DNA of 64,000 nt, taken from a virus. Shown here piece by piece: positions 47,429-57,784 of the stretch. The stretch's first letter is position 1. The number at the start of each line of letters is the position of its first letter. The stretch is from positions 32,001 through 96,000 of the IMG/VR virus record IMGVR_UViG_3300023174_000068. One strand, written 5' to 3'. The position numbers were made by a program, and so were the translations under genes. The notes under the pieces are model-generated. The model saw only the letters and a program-made list of their open reading frames with translations, had not been told where the DNA came from and did not search any database.

Positions 47429-47983
47429 TTAAAAAGGAAGTCTGCTAGAATTGCTTTCATCACCTATATAGAATTCAAAAACAAGAACCCCGGTAGAAGC
47501 ACTTTGCCAAATATCAAAATCACACTCGTATTCAGATAGAACATCTTTTTTAAGTTTGTTAGCCACATCTAAAGCCGAAATAACGGCTTTAAGCGTTGTC
47601 GTTTTTGGCAAATGGCATTCTATAATAATTTCTTCGTGTTTTTTTGATGTCACTCTGACGTCTTTTAATCCGGCGTTTCTAAACATTTGTCTAAGTAGTG
47701 AGTGTAGGTTTTCTAAATCGTCTTTGTCATCTTCTTCGTAATCTGAGTAATCGTCGTAATCGTTATCTGAATTAAACTTAGGATTGGAAGATTTACCTAA
47801 TTTCTCAAAATCGCTCTCATCATACCAATCATCGTAGTAACCATAATCTTTTGTAGAATCGTCTTCATAATCATACCCACCTTTGTCATTTTGGTTATTA
47901 GCAGGTAGATCATCGTTTAAGTGACTCAGGTCATCTTTTCGAATAGCCTCTTTAATAAATGTATTAAATTGTTTAATTTTCAT
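47429..47983 (-). CDS. Acidic hypothetical protein with capsid-targeting-like leader
   Basis: MKIKQFNTFIKE; Asp/Tyr-rich linker. Confidence 0.7.
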   Translation of the reverse strand: MKIKQFNTFIKEAIRKDDLSHLNDDLPANNQNDKGGYDYEDDSTKDYGYYDDWYDESDFEKLGKSSNPKFNSDNDYDDYSDYEEDDKDDLENLHSLLRQMFRNAGLKDVRVTSKKHEEIIIECHLPKTTTLKAVISALDVANKLKKDVLSEYECDFDIWQSASTGVLVFEFYIGDESNSSRLPF

Positions 47984-49473
47984 TATTTTAATTCTATTTT
48001 AAGGTATGTTTTGTCGAATGAACAAGCATCTGACAATTTATATTTTGTTAAAATATCCTGGATATTAGCAATACCCATATATACATAATCTAAATTTGGT
48101 TCTTCTAAGTCTATTCTAATAAAAACTTTATCCAACTCACCAATCACTTTTACTTCAAGCACCGATTTACTCTTTTTTATTTCGCTGATTAAGTCTTTAT
48201 ATTTAGCTAAAATCTCTTGATTAAAACCTACTTTTCTAACGGTAGGTAATGAGTCCCAATCTACTTTGGTTGAAGCTATGGCTAACTTTTCTAAGAATGT
48301 TATATTTATCATCTCAGAATTTCTGTGTTCGTTATAATATCCAACTGATATGTTAGTGCATTCGGCAATATCGTCCATAAAAGACGCCGAATCAGTGTAG
48401 ACTCCGGTAGTATCAAGTGACAAACTGACTCCACCTTTTGAGAATTCTTTAGCCAGAGCTTGTCCAAACTCGTTAGAACAGCACTGTCTACCTAATTGAT
48501 GTGTGATAACCGAAGTAGTTCTCCTTCTATCAAAAGAAACGCATCTTTTAATATTCTGTAGGTAATCAACGCTGGTAAAAATACCAGAAAGAGCATTTGA
48601 GCCAATTCCTCCTCTTTCTTCGCCTATAAAAAAGTAATATAAACCTGGGACATTATTTGCAATCATATATAACATAACCGTTGTGCCAGCTTTGTCGTCT
48701 GCTCCAAGTATTGACTTACCATCTGTATGTATGATTTCATCACCAGATCCAGTTTTTATAAGCCTAAAAGAATATCCTTCTTCGCTAACTCTACCTCTGA
48801 CAGATAGTAAGTTTATATCAACTTGCTCTCTATCTGCTGTATCTAAGTGACAGGTAAACATAGTTTGTGGATTACTCGGACCAACTATCTTGTAGTAATT
48901 TCCAATTTCATCTCTTTTAAGATCACTTGGTAAAAACTGCAACACCTCTTTTTCATGTCTACAATCTGGAAAGTGTGGGTATGTTTTTGTAGTAAGTGAT
49001 ATAAATGTTCTACGAACATCTTTTGGTGTAAAAGAGAAATTTGGAACTTCAATTTTTTCAGACTTTATTTGTTCACCAGAGTCTCCTTCATATGCGAGTT
49101 CATTGTACAGTGTGATAAAATCTCTTATATCTGCTTCGGTAAATAGGCTTGGCCAGTAGTATCTTAAAAATTTTCCAATTTTCATATCATATTTTTTGTC
49201 TTCTACAGTCACTAAAAAGCAAAAAGGTTTAGTCGACACATCAACGTAAGAAATTCCAAGTCCATTAAAATATTTAGAAGTAGGTTCACCCAGCCACATC
49301 ATTTCAAAGGCTAAGTATTCATTATTTTCTTCCATTGTAATAAGAATTTCTTCTAATTTTTTAGAATATACAATTCTTGGTGGTATCCCTTTGCCGAAGC
49401 CAAAGTTTTTGTCATTAGGGGCGATAGATTGTGTTGCTGATTCGAAAAATTGTCCGAACTTAAATAATTTCAT
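47983..49473 (-). CDS. M28-family zinc peptidase
   Basis: CHLDT, LGADDKAG, GEERGG, SFDR and YYNEH. Confidence 0.85.
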   Translation of the reverse strand: MKLFKFGQFFESATQSIAPNDKNFGFGKGIPPRIVYSKKLEEILITMEENNEYLAFEMMWLGEPTSKYFNGLGISYVDVSTKPFCFLVTVEDKKYDMKIGKFLRYYWPSLFTEADIRDFITLYNELAYEGDSGEQIKSEKIEVPNFSFTPKDVRRTFISLTTKTYPHFPDCRHEKEVLQFLPSDLKRDEIGNYYKIVGPSNPQTMFTCHLDTADREQVDINLLSVRGRVSEEGYSFRLIKTGSGDEIIHTDGKSILGADDKAGTTVMLYMIANNVPGLYYFFIGEERGGIGSNALSGIFTSVDYLQNIKRCVSFDRRRTTSVITHQLGRQCCSNEFGQALAKEFSKGGVSLSLDTTGVYTDSASFMDDIAECTNISVGYYNEHRNSEMINITFLEKLAIASTKVDWDSLPTVRKVGFNQEILAKYKDLISEIKKSKSVLEVKVIGELDKVFIRIDLEEPNLDYVYMGIANIQDILTKYKLSDACSFDKTYLKIELK

Positions 49474-49489
49474 AGAGTATATATTAAAT

Positions 49490-50065
49490 TTAAATATAGA
49501 TTATATTTCTGTTGATAGTGTCTATGAAAGCCCTGCCTGTTGCGGGTTTATTACTTTCAATAAAATCAACATCTTCATCGTTTAATGATTTGTTAGATAA
49601 TTCTCTTATTTTTGTCAAAATTTCCTGGTTTGGTGTAGTTGAAACATTTTTAGAATAACACCACACTATTGGGGTGTTTGATTGACTTTTTGCTTTACTA
49701 TTTTTCTTAGCAATTTCTGCCGCTCTTTTTAACACAAACTCTGGTATTATGTCATCTTTTAGTGCCTTAACAAGAACGTGGCTACCAGGAAATCCAGCGG
49801 CATGCAACCAAATATCTTTTTCACTGGGGTAGACACCACCTATTGGGTTAGCATTAGTGCCACAAAATTTTGACGTTAGAAAGTGATTTGATTCTTTGTT
49901 TCTACCCCAATAAACATCATAGATGTTATTTGGATTAAATTCGTCTACAATTTTTTGATGTTTAATATCAACGTTATTTTTTTGTAATTCTTTTAACTGA
50001 ATTGATATTAAATTTTCTAAAACTTGGTTTTTTGAAAAGTTATGAAACTTCTTTATTTTTTTCAT
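49490..50065 (-). CDS. NFACT RNA-binding (NFACT-R/DUF814) domain protein
   Basis: GRNKESNHFLT...DIWLHAAGFPGSHVLVK...AAEIA. Confidence 0.85.
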   Translation of the reverse strand: MKKIKKFHNFSKNQVLENLISIQLKELQKNNVDIKHQKIVDEFNPNNIYDVYWGRNKESNHFLTSKFCGTNANPIGGVYPSEKDIWLHAAGFPGSHVLVKALKDDIIPEFVLKRAAEIAKKNSKAKSQSNTPIVWCYSKNVSTTPNQEILTKIRELSNKSLNDEDVDFIESNKPATGRAFIDTINRNIIYI

Positions 50066-50092
50066 AGATTATATATTAAATTATTTAAAAAC

Positions 50093-50120
50093 AAAAAAGA
50101 CCCATTAATGGGTCTTTTTT
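50093..50120 (-). terminator. Terminator after the major capsid gene
   Basis: AAAAAAGACCCAT-ta-ATGGGTCTTTTTT. Confidence 0.85.
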
Positions 50121-50143
50121 GTAAGTTTTAAGTAGTAGAACTA

Positions 50144-51841
50144 TTAGTTCAAGTACTGACCAGCGTCAGTAACTTGGATAGTCATAAACTGTTTTTGTGG
50201 GAACCAACCAACTTCTGTTACAGCATATCTTGATCTCAATAACATTCTTGGAGCAAATGTAGCTTCAGAGATGATAGAGATTGATTGTGCCATCAAGTAA
50301 GGAACGAAGATGATACCTGGTTGATCAGGATTGTTCTTTCTTCCTAAAACGATTCTGTTGTCGTTATATCTCATATAAGGGTCAACGTAGATAGAAATAT
50401 CACCGATTGAACCTACTGGGTATAATTGACCAGAAGCATTCATTTTTGATTTAACAGGGTTAATAGTATATCCAGCGATATCAGAAAGAGCAGCAGCAAG
50501 ACCTCCATTTGTGATAAGGTATTGAGCAGGACCTACACGACCTTCAGTAGCGATGAAGTTAGAAGCGTGAACAATCTTAGTGATAAGTTTTCTCTGAACC
50601 GCGTGAGTTGTTTCACCACCAACCGCAGATACATAAGTTGTATCTAAGTCGAAGATAGGATTACCAGAACCATTTAATGGAGCTGATGTTCTGTTCAAAG
50701 TTCCTAATTCGAAGATTTTAGCAACGATTTGTTTTGAAATTGTTTGAGACAATTCGTTAACAAGAATAGATTCCATTTTTTGAACGATATCCATACCTGT
50801 GTTAGCTTTAATATCTTCGATTTCGGTTCTTCTAAGTGCTGAAGATACTTCGATAGTACCAACTGCTACAGTTTTAGAAGAAATTTTAGGACCGATAACT
50901 CCAGCATAGCTGTCATCATCCATACCTCTATCCATTGGATACTGTCCGTTAAATCCTGAACCATACTGAGCCCAGTTAGCAGAGAATCCAGGGATGTGGT
51001 CTTCAAGAGCCGAAACTAAATCAACTGATGGACTTTGACCACTCAATGATACACCACAAATTGATGTAATTTGAGAAACCATAGAAGCAACTGAAGTAAA
51101 GGTGTTTCTAGTTTGGTCGAAAGCGAAAACAGATCCAGCAGAACCAACTGCAGTGTGAGCAGTGTTGAACTGTCTGAAAGCTCTAAACATTGGGAATCCG
51201 TCGATTCTTGAGAATCCTAAAAACTCAACGATACCTTGTTTAGATGCGGTCGCGTTTAGGGTTTGTGAAATAGTAGCACCCAATCCTGTAACACCAGTCG
51301 TGTTAATTGAATAATAGAATGGTCCATTTTGTAAACCTCCTGTTGATTGGTTGATAGAAGCACCACTACCAGTCAACATTGCAGATTTAATAGCACTGAT
51401 GTTTGTAGCATTCAATTTGAATACTTGTGGTCTTTCATCTGCGTTACCATCTCTTGTATCATCATAACGGAAGTCGATGAAAAGAAGGTCGATTTTCGGA
51501 CCTGGTGTTGGTTTAACAGCAACAAGGTCAAGACCGATTGTTTGAGCTGCAATTTTCATCGCAACTGGAAGTAGGTTTTGACCTACATCACCCGAACCAG
51601 CAGCTCCGGTCCAGTTAGCACCTTGAATGGTACCTGTTGGGTTATTAAGACCAACTACAGGGTTAAGGACAGCACCCATACCTGTAACGTTAGAAGCGTT
51701 TACATAAGCATTCTCGTTGATTGAGTGGAACTCAGCATATTCTGACATCCATTCTACTCTATCACCTTCAACTCCCATGTTTTCCAAAACTGGAGACCAC
51801 TTCTTAATAGCTTTTTGTTTGTCTATTCTAATGTGTGACAT
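50144..51841 (-). CDS. gp23: Major capsid protein (gp23-like)
   Basis: KKWSPVLE, IGLDLVAVKP, IYVDPY, GIIFVPY and FAPRMLLRSRYAV. Confidence 0.93.
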   Translation of the reverse strand: MSHIRIDKQKAIKKWSPVLENMGVEGDRVEWMSEYAEFHSINENAYVNASNVTGMGAVLNPVVGLNNPTGTIQGANWTGAAGSGDVGQNLLPVAMKIAAQTIGLDLVAVKPTPGPKIDLLFIDFRYDDTRDGNADERPQVFKLNATNISAIKSAMLTGSGASINQSTGGLQNGPFYYSINTTGVTGLGATISQTLNATASKQGIVEFLGFSRIDGFPMFRAFRQFNTAHTAVGSAGSVFAFDQTRNTFTSVASMVSQITSICGVSLSGQSPSVDLVSALEDHIPGFSANWAQYGSGFNGQYPMDRGMDDDSYAGVIGPKISSKTVAVGTIEVSSALRRTEIEDIKANTGMDIVQKMESILVNELSQTISKQIVAKIFELGTLNRTSAPLNGSGNPIFDLDTTYVSAVGGETTHAVQRKLITKIVHASNFIATEGRVGPAQYLITNGGLAAALSDIAGYTINPVKSKMNASGQLYPVGSIGDISIYVDPYMRYNDNRIVLGRKNNPDQPGIIFVPYLMAQSISIISEATFAPRMLLRSRYAVTEVGWFPQKQFMTIQVTDAGQYLN

Positions 51842-51894
51842 AATTTTTTTTATTTTTTTTTATTATCTATAGAAGCCCAATTGAGACTTTTAGA

Positions 51895-53988
51895 TTAAAT
51901 GTTTTTGAATCTTTCTAAGATAGCCTTAGCTTCTCCGTCTGAAATTTTATCCTCTTGGATTAACATTTCATGAGAAACTAATTGTTTCGTATAAGATTCA
52001 TTTTTTTTGAGATTTCTAGTAGACCAGAAATGCTCAACTTGTGATTCAGTCATTAGGACTTCAGCAGGATACAATCTAGCCTGTGAAAGGATAGATTTTT
52101 TGCTTGAGTCTGTTAACTGTTCCCAGATTGGCTTAATGTTTTCAGGCATCAATCTGATAACTCTTTCTTCAAGAGATTCATTTTTAGTTGACAGTGCTTC
52201 TGCGATTAGAGTTAGAACTTCTTTCTGAGAGAAATAGCTTCTTTCGTTTATGTGAAGTTTAACAGATTCTTGTTCTTCGTCAGATAGTGCGTAGAAACTG
52301 TCTACTTGTGACTTGTTTAAGAACTTCAAGAAGTTCAAATCAGTCGATTCAGAAACTTTTCGTTTTTTAGCTTCTTCAATAAGTTTATTTATAGATTCTG
52401 ATAATTCAGAATCGTCTTTTCCGGATACGTTATAATCATTTTCTTTTTCTTCCTCTTTTTCTTCCTCTTTTTCTTTATTATTCCAAGCTTCTTTGTTTTT
52501 TGAAGGAATTCCATTATATTCTTTTTCTTCCTCTTTTTCTTCTTCTTTTTCTTTTTCTTCTTCTACGTTTTCAAAACCAACAGCTGATAAAGAAGGAAAC
52601 TCATGTGCCATTCCGCCATTTTCGAAAAGTCTTTCACTATTAGAATTTAACTTTTCAACAATCATACCTTGATAAGAGATTGATTTATCAAGATTTTCAG
52701 CGATATATTCAGAATAAGCGATGTTATCATCTAAATGCTCTGCGATATACTCGGAGTAAGCGATATTGCCTTCAACGTGTTCTGCTAAGTATTCAGAGTA
52801 AGCAATTGAATTATCAAGGTGTTCTGCGATATATTCAGAATAAGCAATGTTTTTGTCTAAGTTTTCAGCAATATATTCAGAATAAGCAATATTTTTGTCT
52901 AAGTTTTCAGCGATATACTCAGAGTAAGCAATGTTTTTGTCTAAGTTCTCTGCTAAGTATTCAGAATAAGAGATGTTTTTGTCTAAGTTTTCAGCGATGT
53001 ACTCAGAATAAGAAATGTTTTTGTCTAAGTTTTCTGCTAAGTATTCAGAATACTCGATATTTTTGTCTAAGTTCTCTGCAACATATTCAGCGTAATTGAT
53101 GGCTTTTTCAAGATTTTCTGCTAAATAATCATTGTGTTTAACTAACTTTTCTGTAGTAGACTTAAGAGACTTGTTCTCGTTAACAACAACTTGGATTTTT
53201 TCAGCTAAGTAGTCTAAATATTTTACAACTTGTGAGTTAGTGTTGTTTAATTCTTCATAGTATTCTAACAACTGTTCCATTTTTTTAGGTGTTAGATTAC
53301 CTTTTGATAAAGCAGTTTTAACTTCTTTTTTAGTTGAAGCTAATTCGTTAACTAAATACTGCGAATAATCAGTCAACTGTTTTTTGGTGACAAAATCGTT
53401 TGTGTTCATATTAAATAATTCATTTATTTTTGACTCGTCGGACATTTCATATATCCTAAAGTTGGTATTTTCTCTGAATCCCAAAGATTCATTAAGTGGT
53501 TTAACGGTCATTTTAGCTGAAGCAAATCCTGGATCAGCCACTATATCATAAGTAAATAATTTTTTCAGAGACACTGAACCATCAGATTCTGTCACACCGG
53601 CGGCTCTTGACGATACGAAAACAGGACATCCATCATCAACTAACGCTCTGGCTTCTCTACCCCAATAAGTAGTAAGTAATCTAATCTCGCCCTCTACTTT
53701 ATTGGCTTCTTTGACGTAATTAACTTTTTCGATTATGTGAGAAGCTCTAGCCAAAGAGGTATCAAAAACATCTGGGTGATCAAATTCTCCATAAACAGCA
53801 CCTAAAGTGCTCATTCTTTCCTTTAACTCTTCAAGAGCAGGTATGAATTTATCAGCAGTGTAGATTCTCTCATTCCTGTTCTTAATCCCAAATTCAGTGA
53901 AAGTTCCACCTAAAACGTATTCTTTTTTTGAGGAATTTTCTCTGATAAGAGATGATGTTGAGTTTTCAACTATTAAAACTGGTTTCAT
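51895..53988 (-). CDS. gp21: Prohead protease (gp21-like) fused to scaffold (gp22-like)
   Basis: NRNERIY, GEFDHP, ASH, VSSRAAG and YDIVADPG, followed by ~500 aa of acidic coiled coil. Confidence 0.9.
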   Translation of the reverse strand: MKPVLIVENSTSSLIRENSSKKEYVLGGTFTEFGIKNRNERIYTADKFIPALEELKERMSTLGAVYGEFDHPDVFDTSLARASHIIEKVNYVKEANKVEGEIRLLTTYWGREARALVDDGCPVFVSSRAAGVTESDGSVSLKKLFTYDIVADPGFASAKMTVKPLNESLGFRENTNFRIYEMSDESKINELFNMNTNDFVTKKQLTDYSQYLVNELASTKKEVKTALSKGNLTPKKMEQLLEYYEELNNTNSQVVKYLDYLAEKIQVVVNENKSLKSTTEKLVKHNDYLAENLEKAINYAEYVAENLDKNIEYSEYLAENLDKNISYSEYIAENLDKNISYSEYLAENLDKNIAYSEYIAENLDKNIAYSEYIAENLDKNIAYSEYIAEHLDNSIAYSEYLAEHVEGNIAYSEYIAEHLDDNIAYSEYIAENLDKSISYQGMIVEKLNSNSERLFENGGMAHEFPSLSAVGFENVEEEKEKEEEKEEEKEYNGIPSKNKEAWNNKEKEEEKEEEKENDYNVSGKDDSELSESINKLIEEAKKRKVSESTDLNFLKFLNKSQVDSFYALSDEEQESVKLHINERSYFSQKEVLTLIAEALSTKNESLEERVIRLMPENIKPIWEQLTDSSKKSILSQARLYPAEVLMTESQVEHFWSTRNLKKNESYTKQLVSHEMLIQEDKISDGEAKAILERFKNI
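52675..53135 (-). repeat. About 11 tandem 42-bp (14-aa) repeats in the scaffold region
   Basis: YSEY(I/L)AENLDKNI(A/S) units. Confidence 0.92.
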
Positions 53989-54161
53989 TTAAAATAATTA
54001 TTTTTGTGGTTTGATATTATATATTGATATATACTGGGCCTTATTTTACAGAGGTGGATTTTTTATAGCAAACGAAAACCCTTATTGTCATAAAGTTCTA
54101 CTTAACATTAGATAAGAAAGATTTGAAAATTTTATAAATAAAAAAAATTACTGGATTTTTT

Positions 54162-54551
54162 ATGATTTTAACCAGAGAGATAGAGGTAAGAATAACTGAG
54201 TCAAATTTTTCCTATTATGAGGACTTAGGTTATGAAGTGTTCATCGGTGAAGAACTGGTCATACCTACCGAATTATTATCAAAGGGTTCTCATTATAGAA
54301 TAATATGTAAGTGTGATACCTGTGGTATTCAAAAAGAGGTGATTTTTAAGAATTACATTAAATATAACAATAACTGGGGTGAATATTTTTGCAGAAAGTG
54401 TTCGGAACATAAAAGAAAAAAAACACTCAGAAAAAACTTAGGCGTAGATTATCCTATACAAAATGAAAAGGTAATGGATAAAATGAAAAAAACTATGGTC
54501 AATAAATATGGTGTTGATAATATCTCTAAACGAGAAGAAAAGAATGAATGA
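54162..54551 (+). CDS. Nuclease-less paralog of the terL-associated endonuclease N-terminus
   Basis: IPTELLSKGSHYRIICKCDTC...CRKC...LGVDYP...KYGVDNIS parallels the N-terminus of 28448-30172. Confidence 0.7.
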   Translation: MILTREIEVRITESNFSYYEDLGYEVFIGEELVIPTELLSKGSHYRIICKCDTCGIQKEVIFKNYIKYNNNWGEYFCRKCSEHKRKKTLRKNLGVDYPIQNEKVMDKMKKTMVNKYGVDNISKREEKNE

Positions 54552-54564
54552 ATGAATTTTGAAT

Positions 54565-55008
54565 ATGCAAAGAGAAATCGAATTTGATGTGGATTGTTTC
54601 GATTTAAAACTCGAAAATTATCAATTGTTCTTATCAAAGTTTGACGAATGGGTCAATGCCAAAAGAGAAATAAATTTAAACTTTATACTAAAACCCGAGA
54701 AAAAATTAGAATTTGAAGTCGAGTTAGATAATAGTTCTTCTGTTTATCATGTTGGTTTCTATGAAAACCCACTTTATACAAACACTGTTCTATTACAAAA
54801 ATCAGCAGCTGTGATATCTAGTTTTAAGTTTATACTAAACAATAATTCAATAGAATCTCTAGTATTGAAATTAAATCCATTAACCACTAATTGGGGTAAA
54901 GTTCTAAGCGATATGGTAACATCATTAAACAAACCAAAACTTCAACAACAAATAGCAGACGGACAAGTAATCAACTTTTATTTTTTAATAAATAAAAGTG
55001 GCACATGA
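54565..55008 (+). CDS. Hypothetical protein
   Basis: ~147-aa ORF. Confidence 0.65.
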   Translation: MQREIEFDVDCFDLKLENYQLFLSKFDEWVNAKREINLNFILKPEKKLEFEVELDNSSSVYHVGFYENPLYTNTVLLQKSAAVISSFKFILNNNSIESLVLKLNPLTTNWGKVLSDMVTSLNKPKLQQQIADGQVINFYFLINKSGT

Positions 55009-55442
55009 AATTTTATAAATTTGAAACAGACCACACGCAACTAGAAATCGACAGAATTATTATCAATATGACATTAATCGAAGCCGATCAGATTGATAAA
55101 CTATTTAGAAGAATAGACTGTGTTGAATATACTGATAAGGACGGTAATGAATGTATGTTTGCTATTTTGAACAATTTTGATTTTGACATCCTTTGTAGTG
55201 TTTATGATAAATACTGTATAAAATATAAATTCTTTGATTTATCCGAAAAAGTGCTTTTTGACTTTGCGGTCGATACTAAATTCAAAAACTCAAATAATTT
55301 TTCTGTATCTCTTAAATTAAAAAAACTAATGAAAAACTATCGAAGAGATTGGCTGACAACAGACGTGGTTTTAGATAAAATACTAAGTCTAGGAATTGAA
55401 AGTCTAAATGATTTTGACTACGTTATATTAAAGCGGCATTAA
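55005..55442 (+). CDS. Hypothetical protein
   Basis: C-terminal DVVLDKILSLGIESL (DUF6576-like pattern). Confidence 0.65.
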   Translation: MKFYKFETDHTQLEIDRIIINMTLIEADQIDKLFRRIDCVEYTDKDGNECMFAILNNFDFDILCSVYDKYCIKYKFFDLSEKVLFDFAVDTKFKNSNNFSVSLKLKKLMKNYRRDWLTTDVVLDKILSLGIESLNDFDYVILKRH

Positions 55443-57079
55443 AATTCAAATTCACCACCACCTTCTTCAGCAGGCGGTGTTTCTTCGGCTGGTGCTTCAG
55501 CTGGAGCTTCTTCCGTTGTAGATTGACCACCTCCTTCAGCAGCACCCTCAGCAGCACCTTCGCCACCACCCTCGCCTCCAGCACTAGACTCTGCTCTTGC
55601 CCAATATCTTTGGTTTTCGGCCTTTTCTTCAGGTGTTAATTTGAAAACGTAGTCCATAATCCACTCAATATGGAAGTAAGGTTTGTCTCCGTTCATTATC
55701 CCAGTAAGAGTTGTTATCGCCTCGGCTCTTTTTGATAAAGTATTAATTTTTTTCCAATCTTCGAAAACCTGATTTGTATAAAATATAACATCTACCGAGT
55801 TTAGGAAAACTTCGTCTTCTTTGAGTTCTGGAAACTCAATTAACATTTGTAGTTTAAGTGGCTTAACTATAATTTCTTTAAATATTGTTCTAAGCCTCAT
55901 AATAAAGTTATGGAATTTGATTTCATCTCTGGTCATCTCAGCAGCATCAGTAATCAGATTTCCACCACCTCCTTCGGCTTCTAATCTTGTAAGGGGAATC
56001 TTAGAAGCTCTTTTAAGTGCTTGGTGAAACCACTTTAACATTGTTTCTTCGTTAAGGTCATGACCCTGTGGACCAACTAATTCCATTTGAGGCGTTCCAG
56101 CGTCCCCTTCAGGGAACCAAACTTGTTTGTTATATGGTAAGTGCTTTGAACCGTTTATAGATAGTGTACCTAAGGTATCATCCCACTCGACTTCTTCAGA
56201 ATAATCTTGTATCAATTGTCCGATTTGTTCTTCGGCTCTTTGTCTTGATAGACCCTTTACCGGGATAACAAATTTTTGATAGATTGTAGCATTAATAACG
56301 TTATACATTATTCTTGTTTGTTCAAGAATTTTTAATTGATTGTATGGTTTGATTAAGCCTTCTACATAAGAAGTTTCTGAATAATCGTTTTGTGTAGAGT
56401 AAGATATAAATACAATTTGTGAATCTAAAAATATTCTCCTCAACTGAGGATCTTCTGGAAATTGAATCCAAAGGTGGCCAACGTTCGGTTCATAGGCAGG
56501 TACTAAAGTTTCTGGTCTTAGCCGGTTAAAACCTACGATATTCTTTTTCTTATCATCATAGATGAATTCTATTGCTAAGTATCCATCTATTAAAAAATCT
56601 CTCATCATTTGCCAGGCTGTGATACTATCAGCAAATCCAAACTTGTTATAAATCTTTTCAAAATATTCAATATATTTATCTTGTATTTCTTGTGGATAAT
56701 CCGAAGGTATTGGCCTTGGTGAGCAAAAGTCTCTAGTATCATTATAGACAATTGATTCATCTGATATCGCGCTAACGAAATCTCGTATTTCATCTTTAAT
56801 TGAATATTCCCTTAAAATCCTTCTTTTATCAGCATAGGCTTTATCTAAATATGGTATAGATTTTCTATTAAGAACAGAGGCGACTGCTCGTTGTGAAAAA
56901 AAATCATACATTGAATTTCCACGAGCTGAATAAGGGTCTTCGTTGATTCCTATACCGACTTGATTTCTAATAATCATGTCGTCGTAGTTCATACCGTAGT
57001 TAGAAAGAGTTCTAAGGATTCTACTAAATAAACCCCTATTTTCTACAGGAGAGTTTAATCCTAAGTTATTATCAGCCAT
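55439..57079 (-). CDS. gp20: Portal protein (gp20-like)
   Basis: FLIDGYL, IKPYNQLKILE, ASKIPLTRL and EMTRDEIKFHNFIMRLR. Confidence 0.92.
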   Translation of the reverse strand: MADNNLGLNSPVENRGLFSRILRTLSNYGMNYDDMIIRNQVGIGINEDPYSARGNSMYDFFSQRAVASVLNRKSIPYLDKAYADKRRILREYSIKDEIRDFVSAISDESIVYNDTRDFCSPRPIPSDYPQEIQDKYIEYFEKIYNKFGFADSITAWQMMRDFLIDGYLAIEFIYDDKKKNIVGFNRLRPETLVPAYEPNVGHLWIQFPEDPQLRRIFLDSQIVFISYSTQNDYSETSYVEGLIKPYNQLKILEQTRIMYNVINATIYQKFVIPVKGLSRQRAEEQIGQLIQDYSEEVEWDDTLGTLSINGSKHLPYNKQVWFPEGDAGTPQMELVGPQGHDLNEETMLKWFHQALKRASKIPLTRLEAEGGGGNLITDAAEMTRDEIKFHNFIMRLRTIFKEIIVKPLKLQMLIEFPELKEDEVFLNSVDVIFYTNQVFEDWKKINTLSKRAEAITTLTGIMNGDKPYFHIEWIMDYVFKLTPEEKAENQRYWARAESSAGGEGGGEGAAEGAAEGGGQSTTEEAPAEAPAEETPPAEEGGGEFEF

Positions 57080-57133
57080 CTGGGTTAGTCAAAATTTAAG
57101 ATTATATATAAAAAAGATATGTTCCTAAAAAAA

Positions 57134-57784
57134 TTAATTTTTAGGTGTAATTGTTATAACAGCTGATATTTCACCCCATGCATCTGGTTCTGAAATGTTT
57201 TTTTCAATATTGAATTTTGAAAAATCAATACCTCTAAAAAGACCATTCCACTTTCTATCTGTGTAAACACCGGGTCCGAAACCATTACACCTTACAGTAA
57301 TTGTCATGGTATCTTTATCAAATTTTTTGGTCATTCCATTAGAAAAATCACTTTTCGCAACAGAAGTCCTTTTGTTCATTTCGTTATAAAGTTTTTGCAT
57401 GGTAAAAAGGTCACCCCCTACCTTAGCATTTTGAATGAAACAAACAACGGTACCCCATTTCCAGATAGAACTGATAGAAACTTGCACACTCTCTAATCGG
57501 TTTTTAAGTGCTATAAGTTCATCTAGGAATTCCCAGAATTTATCATCCGTTATCATTTCGGTATATCCACCCATTGGTGCGGTTTTGAATGCATTCCTAA
57601 ATGTAATATTCATAGAAGTAAATCCTTCATATTCACCCTCAGTAATTGTTCTAGGACCTTCGAAAGAATATTCTATATCTAAATCTTTAATAGGAATCAA
57701 CATCTCATCCAATTCCTCCTGAGAGAAGTCACTGATATCTTGTGATTCATTTAAATGTTGTAAAAATTTGTGTAAATATTTCAT
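57134..57784 (-). CDS. Hypothetical protein with capsid-targeting-like leader
   Basis: MKYLHKFLQHLNES. Confidence 0.7.
   Translation of the reverse strand: MKYLHKFLQHLNESQDISDFSQEELDEMLIPIKDLDIEYSFEGPRTITEGEYEGFTSMNITFRNAFKTAPMGGYTEMITDDKFWEFLDELIALKNRLESVQVSISSIWKWGTVVCFIQNAKVGGDLFTMQKLYNEMNKRTSVAKSDFSNGMTKKFDKDTMTITVRCNGFGPGVYTDRKWNGLFRGIDFSKFNIEKNISEPDAWGEISAVITITPKN

Noticed and set aside
47276-47539. 87-aa plus-strand ORF
   Set aside because: It overlaps the tmRNA and the neighbouring CDS in antisense.
52675-53135. CRISPR array (also considered for 29440-29890, 34590-34897 and 62505-62962)
   Set aside because: The repeats are in-frame coding units with synonymous variation and no unique spacers; no cas genes are present.
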